Source: Geopsychrobacteraceae bacterium
GTDB lineage: Bacteria; Desulfobacterota; Desulfuromonadia; Desulfuromonadales; Geopsychrobacteraceae
Length of the DNA stretch: 64,000 nucleotides
Reading direction: 5' to 3'
Assembly (NCBI GenBank): GCA_963676795.2
Contig: CAXXTB010000002.1
Coordinates: forward strand, 64,001-128,000
This document shows positions 55,120 to 64,000 of the stretch, piece after piece; within the stretch, counting starts at the first letter, position 1, and every line of letters begins with the position of its first letter. Both the position numbers and the translations under genes were made by a program. The notes below the pieces were generated by a model. It was given only the letters and a program-made list of their open reading frames with translations, had not been told where the DNA came from and searched no databases.

Positions 55120-56622
55120 ATGACGAAGGAGCTGGTCATCAGTACCACCTCCCACGAGACGCGTGTCGCTTTGCTGGAGGGCGGGCATATTGCCGAGCTC
55201 TACATCGAGCGGGAACGGGAACGGGGGATTGTCGGAAATATCTACAAGGGGCGGGTTATCCGCGTGCTGCCTGGGATGCAGGCGGCGTTCGTCGATATCG
55301 GCCTGGAGAAGGCGGCGTTTCTCTATGTCGCTGACGTGCTTGACGTGATGGAGCAGGTTGAGCGGCGCGTCGAAGGGGATACCGAACCGGCCGGTGAGGA
55401 GGAAAGCGAGCTGCCGCCGCTGCCGCCGATCGAGGATCTTCTCAAGGAAGGGCAGGAGCTGCTGGTGCAGATCTCCAAGGAGCCGATCGGCACCAAGGGC
55501 GCCCGGATTACCTCGCACATCTCACTGCCGGGCCGCCACCTGGTCTACATGCCGACCGTCGATCATGTTGGCATCTCGCGGCGCATCGAATGTGAAGAGG
55601 AGCGCGAACGGCTGCGCAGTGTTGTCGAAGAGATCCGCAGCCCGGGTACCGGGTTCATTGTCCGTACCGTGTCCGAAGGGAAGAGCGAGGAGGATCTGCG
55701 CCATGACATGAGTTTCCTGGTCGGGTTGTGGGAAAATATCAGCCGCGGGCTTGACCAGATCAGCGCTCCGGAGCTGGTCCACTCCGACCTCGATGTGACC
55801 AGCAAGGTTCTGCGCGATATCCTTACCGAAGATGTGCAGAAGATCGTCGTCGACAACCAGGAAGAGTACGAGAAGATTGTTCGCTTCCTGCGCACCTTCA
55901 TGCCGCGCCTCAACTACTGTATCGAACTCTACAAGGGGGACGAACCGATCTTCGACGCCTACGGTCTCGAGGTCGAAATTTCCCGCGCCTTGGGACGCAA
56001 GGTCTGGCTCAAGAGCGGCGGCTCGATCATCATCGAGCAGACCGAGGCGCTGACCGCTGTCGATGTCAATACCGGCCGCTACGTCGGCAAGCACAATCTG
56101 GAGGATACGATCCTCAAGACCAATCTGGAAGCGGTCAAGGAGATCGCCTTTCAGCTGAGGCTGCGCAATATCGGCGGCCTGATCATCATCGATTTTATCG
56201 ATATGGAGAAAGAGGCGCACCGGGAAAAGGTTCATGCTGCCCTTGAGGAAGCGCTGAAGAACGACAAGAACAAAACCAACATTCTCAAAATCTCCGAGCT
56301 CGGCCTGGTTGAGATGACCCGCAAGCGGGTCCGCGAAAGTATCGGCCGGACCCTCTGTGAACCCTGTCCCTACTGCGAAGGGAAGGGCTACGTCAAGGGC
56401 AAGCTGACAGTCATCTATGAGATTCTCCGCGAACTGCATCGTGAGATGAAAGACCTGCCAGCCGGGCATGTCACCCTGCTGGCCCATCCGGAGATCGCCG
56501 GCCTGCTGATCGACGAGGAGCGCGCCGGGCTCGACGAGGTTGAAGAGCGCTATGGCCGGCCGGTGTCGATTCAGCCTCGCCCTGGGTTTCATATCGAGCA
56601 GTTTGAGATTTCTGTCGGCTGA
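55120..56622 (+). CDS. rng: Ribonuclease G (Rne/Rng family)
   Basis: GNIYKGRV, DVNTG, IIIDFIDM, EMTRKR, CPYC. Confidence 0.92.
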   Translation: MTKELVISTTSHETRVALLEGGHIAELYIERERERGIVGNIYKGRVIRVLPGMQAAFVDIGLEKAAFLYVADVLDVMEQVERRVEGDTEPAGEEESELPPLPPIEDLLKEGQELLVQISKEPIGTKGARITSHISLPGRHLVYMPTVDHVGISRRIECEEERERLRSVVEEIRSPGTGFIVRTVSEGKSEEDLRHDMSFLVGLWENISRGLDQISAPELVHSDLDVTSKVLRDILTEDVQKIVVDNQEEYEKIVRFLRTFMPRLNYCIELYKGDEPIFDAYGLEVEISRALGRKVWLKSGGSIIIEQTEALTAVDVNTGRYVGKHNLEDTILKTNLEAVKEIAFQLRLRNIGGLIIIDFIDMEKEAHREKVHAALEEALKNDKNKTNILKISELGLVEMTRKRVRESIGRTLCEPCPYCEGKGYVKGKLTVIYEILRELHREMKDLPAGHVTLLAHPEIAGLLIDEERAGLDEVEERYGRPVSIQPRPGFHIEQFEISVG

Positions 56623-56670
56623 AATTTGCTGAGAACGAAAGGGGGCTGTTGCCCTCTATGCGCGTTGCTG

Positions 56671-56709
56671 ACGGGCCCCGGGTTGATAAATCCGGGGCCC
56701 GTTTTTTTT
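56671..56709 (+). terminator. Intrinsic terminator after rng
   Basis: ACGGGCCCCGG...CCGGGGCCCGT followed by a T-run. Confidence 0.85.
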
Positions 56710-56845
56710 CATCATGACTGTGCGTTGATTGGTAAAGCTGTTTTGGTGAGGTCAGAGCTCCTTGATTCTCAGATTGTTCCTGCATGTTTTTCTGTTACCA
56801 TTGTCAGGAGACAGGCTTGCAATTTAAATTCCGGCGGAGGTTTCT

Positions 56846-57784
56846 ATGGCCAGAAAACCGCGTCTGCATTTTCCCGGAGCGATCTATCACGTCGTGCTGA
56901 ACGGCAATGGCAACTGCCAGGTTTTCAGCGATGACACAGACCGGACCCGCCTGTTGCTGCTGCTTCAGGAGGGGATCGAGAAGTTCGGCCATAAGATTCA
57001 TGGCTACTGCCTGGTTCCGACTGCGGTCCACCTGGTCATCGAGGTGGATCAGGTGCCATTGTCACGGATCATGCAGCAACTTGGTTTTCGCTATACCCGC
57101 TGGTTCAACAACTGGCACGGCGAGATCGGTCATCTGTTCCAGGGGCGCTACCGGGCGATTCTGATCGATCCGGAAAAGTATCTGCTCGATCTGGTCTGTC
57201 ATCTCCATTACCTGCCGGTTGCGCTTGATCTGACTGACGACCCGATGCAGTTCTCCTGGAGCAGCCACCGTGCCTACTGCATGCGCGAACAGGTCCCCTG
57301 GTTGACCACGGAGCGGACCCTGCTGCAGATCGACCAGACCGGAACCCGTGCCCTGCTCAAATTTCATGCCCGGGTCAACGATGCTGGAAACACACCTGAG
57401 ATCGATTTCCTGCGGGGCGGCGGCTATGACCCGCGGGTGCTCGGCGATGACGATTTCGTCCGTGGCGCCTTGAAGCTGTCTCGCCAGAAGTACCAGCCCC
57501 GTCTCAACCCCGACAAGGTTTTTGCCGTTGTCGAACAGTCCTTCAAGCTCAGCGAGCAAGAGCTCGCCGCCCCCGGAAAAGCGCGTCAGGCCGCCGAAGC
57601 CCGCGCCTTTATCGCCTGGCTCTATCTGCACACCGGCTGCGCCACTCTGACCAACCTGGGGGAACGGCTGAACCGCGACATCTCGACCTTAAGCTCATCA
57701 ATCAGACGCCTTGACCTCAAGGCCAAAAAGGACCAGCAGCTTGCCGAAAGGATGCAGCTGCTGCTTAAGCGGGTGCGAAGATAG
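56846..57784 (+). CDS. REP-associated-type Y1/IS200-like transposase homologue with C-terminal HTH, catalytic residues substituted
   Basis: MARKPR..PGAIYHV, GHLFQGRY, WSSHRAY conserved; HUH reads AVH, YIHLNP position reads HLHYLP. Confidence 0.85.
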   Translation: MARKPRLHFPGAIYHVVLNGNGNCQVFSDDTDRTRLLLLLQEGIEKFGHKIHGYCLVPTAVHLVIEVDQVPLSRIMQQLGFRYTRWFNNWHGEIGHLFQGRYRAILIDPEKYLLDLVCHLHYLPVALDLTDDPMQFSWSSHRAYCMREQVPWLTTERTLLQIDQTGTRALLKFHARVNDAGNTPEIDFLRGGGYDPRVLGDDDFVRGALKLSRQKYQPRLNPDKVFAVVEQSFKLSEQELAAPGKARQAAEARAFIAWLYLHTGCATLTNLGERLNRDISTLSSSIRRLDLKAKKDQQLAERMQLLLKRVRR

Positions 57785-57866
57785 GCGACTATTTTTAACC
57801 TGCTGCCGTTGAGTCGACCGGAAAACAGGCTAGGCTATAAGTAGACCCTTTCATTCCGGAGGGTGT

Positions 57867-59075
57867 ATGAACCTTTACGCTGACTGGCTCTGTTCCTATC
57901 TGCTCTGTAAAAGCCCGGCTTTGAGCCTGCTGCTTTTGCTGGTGATCGTCTGGACGACAGGGGTGATCTGTCGTGTGCTCAAGCAGCCGCCGGTGCTCGG
58001 CGAGCTGACCGCGGGGATTATTTTCGGACCGGCGCTCCTCGGAATCATCGTCCCCAACGAAATGCTCGAAATCCTGGCCGAGCTGGGGGCTTTCTTTCTG
58101 ATGTTCTATGCCGGCCTGGAGACCAATCCGGTTGACCTGAAAAAGCAGGGTTTCGCATCGAGCTGTGTCGGTATCTGCGGTTTTGTTATCCCCTTCCTGC
58201 TGGCCTATGGCGTCTGTTATCTGTTTGCTGTACCGACATCCATGGCGCTGTTCATTGCCATGGGGATGTCGATCACGGCCATTGCCGTCAACGCGCGGGT
58301 TCTCCACGATATGGACCTGACCGGACGCCGGGTGACGCCGGTGATCATCGGCGCATCGATCATCGACGATGTCATGTCGCTGGCATTTTTTACCGCGATC
58401 ATTGAGATGACCACCAGCTCGCACCCTTTCAGCCTGATGGCCATTGGTCTGCTGGTTGTCAAGGTCATCATCTTCTTTGCCCTGACTGTCGGGGTGGGGA
58501 TCTGGATTTACCCCTATATCGGCAAGTATTTTTCCGCCCGTGAGGCCAAGGGGTTTACTTTTGCATTGTTGATGGCCTTTCTCTTCGGCTTTCTGGCCGA
58601 GCTGGCCGGTCTGCATATCATCATCGGCGCCTATCTGGCCGGCCTCTTTGTCCGTGAAGGGGTGGTCAACCAGGATCTGCTCAACAAGATCAGCGATCGT
58701 TTCGTGTCGATCACCTACGGTTTCATCGGGCCGATCTTCTTTGTCAGCCTCTCCTTTCATGTCACCTTCGAGATCTTCAGGACCGAACTGCTTTTTGTTC
58801 TGGTCCTGCTGCTTGCCGCACTGGTCGGCAAGTTTGTCGGCAGCGGCGCGGGCGCCTTGCTCGGCAGGATGAACAGGGAGGAGGCGGTTGTCGTCGGTAT
58901 TGCCATGAACGGCCGGGGTGCTGTTGAGCTGGTCATCGCTTCGATCGGGTTGAAGCTTGGCATCATTGATGATGTGGTCTTTTCGATCCTGGTGCTGATC
59001 GCCTTTGTCACGACCATGTTGCCGCCGCTGTCGCTCGGCTTCTATCTGAAGCGGATAAGGCAGCTGTTGCCTTAA
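57867..59075 (+). CDS. Cation:proton antiporter (CPA2/NapA-like)
   Basis: PPVLGELTAG, IIDDV, IIGAYLAG, PIFFV, RGAVEL. Confidence 0.88.
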   Translation: MNLYADWLCSYLLCKSPALSLLLLLVIVWTTGVICRVLKQPPVLGELTAGIIFGPALLGIIVPNEMLEILAELGAFFLMFYAGLETNPVDLKKQGFASSCVGICGFVIPFLLAYGVCYLFAVPTSMALFIAMGMSITAIAVNARVLHDMDLTGRRVTPVIIGASIIDDVMSLAFFTAIIEMTTSSHPFSLMAIGLLVVKVIIFFALTVGVGIWIYPYIGKYFSAREAKGFTFALLMAFLFGFLAELAGLHIIIGAYLAGLFVREGVVNQDLLNKISDRFVSITYGFIGPIFFVSLSFHVTFEIFRTELLFVLVLLLAALVGKFVGSGAGALLGRMNREEAVVVGIAMNGRGAVELVIASIGLKLGIIDDVVFSILVLIAFVTTMLPPLSLGFYLKRIRQLLP

Positions 59076-59098
59076 GGAGCGGCTGTCTGGGATTTTGC

Positions 59099-59127
59099 TT
59101 GACATGGGTATGGCAGATCACTATAGT
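59099..59127 (+). promoter_or_regulatory. sigma-70 promoter of rplU-rpmA
   Basis: TTGACA-17 bp-TATAGT. Confidence 0.8.
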
Positions 59128-59189
59128 ACGCCGTTGCAGTGCGATGGTAGTATCTGCATTTGAGGTCTCAAACTATAGGAGAAAGTAAC

Positions 59190-59498
59190 ATGTATGCGGT
59201 GATCAAGACCGGAGGAAAACAGTACAAAGTTTCCGAAGGCGACCTGTTGAAGGTCGAACTGATCGAAGGTGCGGTAGGTGATACTATCGAACTCGATCAA
59301 GTCCTCATGGTCGGTGGCGCAGAGGTTAAAATCGGAACACCTCTCGTACCAGGTGCCAAGGTTAAGGCACAGATCGTTGCTCAGGAAAAAGACAAGAAGA
59401 TTCTCGTCTTCAAATCCAAGCGACGTGCAGGTAATCGTAAGAAATACGGCCACCGTCAACCTATTACCCGACTCAAAGTCGCGGCGATTGAAGCTTAA
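59190..59498 (+). CDS. rplU: 50S ribosomal protein L21
   Basis: MYAVIKTGGKQYKV, GHRQ. Confidence 0.98.
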   Translation: MYAVIKTGGKQYKVSEGDLLKVELIEGAVGDTIELDQVLMVGGAEVKIGTPLVPGAKVKAQIVAQEKDKKILVFKSKRRAGNRKKYGHRQPITRLKVAAIEA

Positions 59499-59510
59499 GG
59501 AGGCGATCTA

Positions 59511-59765
59511 ATGGCTCATAAGAAAGCTGCCGGTAGTTCTAAGAACGGTCGCGATAGCGCCGGTAAACGACTCGGTGTCAAGCGTTTTGGTGGTCAGGAA
59601 GTAACTGCTGGTTCTATCCTGGTTCGTCAGCGTGGTACCACCTTTCACCCAGGCACCAACGTAGGTTGTGGTAAAGACTACACCCTGTTTGCACTGGTCG
59701 ACGGTGTTGTCAAGTTTGAAACCAAGTCTAAAGGGCGGAAACACATCAGCGTTTACGCTGGTTAA
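59511..59765 (+). CDS. rpmA: 50S ribosomal protein L27
   Basis: [21 protein letters not shown]. Confidence 0.98.
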   Translation: MAHKKAAGSSKNGRDSAGKRLGVKRFGGQEVTAGSILVRQRGTTFHPGTNVGCGKDYTLFALVDGVVKFETKSKGRKHISVYAG

Positions 59766-59791
59766 TTGTTTTCCTCCTTAACTTTCTGAAG

Positions 59792-59824
59792 AACCCGGTG
59801 CTGCATGTCAGTGACCGGGTTTTT
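59792..59824 (+). terminator. Probable terminator after rpmA
   Basis: AACCCGGT...ACCGGGTT followed by TTT. Confidence 0.65.
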
Positions 59825-59880
59825 CTCTTTGTTGCTTCAGTCCCATGCAGGGCTGGAACAATGGTCAGTCAGGACAATAA

Positions 59881-62095
<2,215 letters not shown>

Positions 62096-62101
62096 AGACT
62101 G

Positions 62102-63358
62102 ATGGATATGGCGCAACAGATGCTCGAACTGGCCAAGGCGGCCCAGCTGGCTTCCCGGCAGATGGCCACCCTCTCTTCCGGGGTGAAAAACGATCTGCTG
62201 GTGGCGATGGCCGCAGCGCTTGAAAGTGCCACCGGCCAGCTTCAGGCCGAGAACGAAAAAGATCTTCAGGCGGCCCGTGACAACGGTATGGCTGCGGCGA
62301 TGATCGACCGTTTGACCCTGACCCCGGAGCGGATTCAGACAATGGCCGATGGCCTGCGCGAGGTTGCTGCTCTGCCCGATCCGGTCGGTGAAATCACCGG
62401 CATGTGGCTGCGTCCCAACGGCATCAAGGTCGGCCGTCAGCGGATCCCGCTCGGGGTTATCGGCATCATCTATGAATCTCGTCCGAACGTCACCGCCGAT
62501 GCTGCGGCACTCTGTCTGAAGAGCGGCAACGCTGTCATCCTGCGTGGCGGCTCGGAAGCGCTGCACTCCAACCGCGCCATCGGAGCTGTATTGCAGCAGG
62601 CAATTGCCGATTTCGGTCTGCCGGCAGCTGTCCTGCAGGTCGTGGCGACCAGTGATCGCAGTGCCGTCAACGAACTGCTCAAGCTGGAGGATTACGTTGA
62701 TCTGATCATACCGCGCGGCGGCGAAGGGCTGATCCGCTTTGTCTCGGAAAATTCGCGGATTCCGGTCATCAAGCACTACAAGGGGGTCTGTCACACCTAT
62801 GTCGACAAGGCCGCCGATCTCAAGATGGCTGAAGAGATCTGCATGAACGCCAAGGTTCAGCGTCCGGGAGTGTGCAACGCCATGGAGACCCTGCTGGTTC
62901 ATCAGGATGTGGCTGGCGAGTTCCTGCCCCAGGTCGCCGCAGTTCTGGAAGGGGCGGGGGTTGAGCTGCGTCTTTGTGAGAAGGCACTGCAGATCCTGCC
63001 CGGCCGCACCTCGGCAACGGCAGAGGACTGGCCGGCCGAGTATCTCGACCTGATCCTGGCTGTTCGGGTGGTTGATAATTATGATCAGGCCCGCGAGCAT
63101 ATCCAGACCTACAGCTCGCTGCATACCGAGGTTATCGTCACCAACGATTACCTGCTGTCGCAGCAGTTCCTCAGGGAGGTCAATTCGAGCGTGGTCATGG
63201 TCAACGCTTCATCGCGTTTCTCCGATGGCGGCCAGCTCGGACTGGGTGCGGAGATCGGGATCTCGACCTCCAAGCTGCACTCCTTCGGGCCGATGGGCCT
63301 CGAAGATCTGACGACCCGCAAGTTCATCGTTCTGGGGACCGGACAGATCCGCGCTTAG
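62102..63358 (+). CDS. proA: Gamma-glutamyl phosphate reductase
   Basis: YESRPNVT, CNAMET, NASSRFSDG, GAEIGIST. Confidence 0.97.
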   Translation: MDMAQQMLELAKAAQLASRQMATLSSGVKNDLLVAMAAALESATGQLQAENEKDLQAARDNGMAAAMIDRLTLTPERIQTMADGLREVAALPDPVGEITGMWLRPNGIKVGRQRIPLGVIGIIYESRPNVTADAAALCLKSGNAVILRGGSEALHSNRAIGAVLQQAIADFGLPAAVLQVVATSDRSAVNELLKLEDYVDLIIPRGGEGLIRFVSENSRIPVIKHYKGVCHTYVDKAADLKMAEEICMNAKVQRPGVCNAMETLLVHQDVAGEFLPQVAAVLEGAGVELRLCEKALQILPGRTSATAEDWPAEYLDLILAVRVVDNYDQAREHIQTYSSLHTEVIVTNDYLLSQQFLREVNSSVVMVNASSRFSDGGQLGLGAEIGISTSKLHSFGPMGLEDLTTRKFIVLGTGQIRA

Positions 63359-63365
63359 CCGGGTG

Positions 63366-63400
63366 TTTGAGATCTGAAATCTGAGATCTGAAATCTGAAA
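63366..63400. repeat. Heptamer tandem tract (family D)
   Basis: TTTGAGA TCTGAAA TCTGAGA TCTGAAA TCTGAAA. Confidence 0.75.
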
Positions 63401-63412
63401 CGGAGCGAAAAC

Positions 63413-64000
63413 ATGCGTATCGGCCTGCTAGGCGGGACATTCAATCCGATTCATAACGGCCATCTGCATATCGCAGAAGAGGTTCTGGATTACTGCCGGC
63501 TCGATCAGGTCTGGTTCGTTCCGTCCTGCTCGCCACCGCACAAGAGCCTGGCCGGAGAGGTGTCCTTTGCCGAGCGGCTGGCCATGGTCAGGGCGGCCAT
63601 TGCCGGGAATGAACACTTCTCGGCCTGCGACGTCGAGGGGCGGCGCGGCGGGACCAGTTATTCGGTGGAAACCCTGCGCCAACTGCACCGTGAATTTCCG
63701 CAGCACGAGTTCTTTTTTATCATGGGACTCGATTCGTTTCAGGAGATTGCCTCCTGGAAAGAATACCCGCGACTTTTCGAGCTGGCCCATATCGTTGTCG
63801 CCGCCCGGCCCGGATTTGCCGGGACTTTACAGGAGCTGCTCCCGGTTGCTATTGCAGATAGCTTCTGTTATGATTCCGGTTCCAAAAAGCTCACAAGTGA
63901 CAAGGGCTTCTCTGTCGTTCTGGTGCCACATACCGATCGCGATATCTCCTCGACGGAAATCCGCAGTAAAATGTCGGCGCATAAGGATGTCAGCAGACTG
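63413..64000 (+). CDS. nadD: Nicotinate-nucleotide adenylyltransferase (3' truncated by window edge; absent from ORF track)
   Basis: Manual translation MRIGLLGGTFNPIHNGHL...PPHK...IMGLDS...ISSTEIR. Confidence 0.95.
   Translation, partial: MRIGLLGGTFNPIHNGHLHIAEEVLDYCRLDQVWFVPSCSPPHKSLAGEVSFAERLAMVRAAIAGNEHFSACDVEGRRGGTSYSVETLRQLHREFPQHEFFFIMGLDSFQEIASWKEYPRLFELAHIVVAARPGFAGTLQELLPVAIADSFCYDSGSKKLTSDKGFSVVLVPHTDRDISSTEIRSKMSAHKDVSRL

Noticed and set aside
56710..57866. Active IS200/IS605 element around the transposase-like gene
   Set aside because: No tnpB, no subterminal hairpins recognised, and the catalytic residues are substituted

Overview
This window looks like core chromosome from a Desulfuromonadales-type deltaproteobacterium; that is an inference from gene content. 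It contains a sigma-54 activator with no sensor domain, a membrane diguanylate cyclase and a large chemosensory cluster (heme-c MCP, two-Hpt CheA, cheWRBD, HDOD, two CheY-like proteins, three CheX proteins and a CheC-CheC-pseudoreceiver fusion). Further along are pcnB, miaA, a split three-gene glutamate synthase behind a sigma-54 promoter, ilvE, a frameshifted HDOD-GGDEF gene, glcDF, a K+ channel, uup, a sigma-54-driven porin-like gene and an MNT-HEPN toxin-antitoxin pair. The last third holds scpA-meaB-mce, CIRCE-groES-groEL, tatA, dksA, radA, a radical SAM gene with rng, and rplU-rpmA-obgE-proB-proA-nadD. Two things stand out. First, an intact REP-associated-type Y1 transposase gene (56846-57784) has substitutions at its HUH and catalytic Tyr positions, suggesting a nuclease-dead, possibly domesticated protein. 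Second, at least five families of palindromic or periodic intergenic repeats are present, some nested or stacked. I recognised no rRNA, tRNA or CRISPR array. All family assignments come from motif recognition, not database searches.
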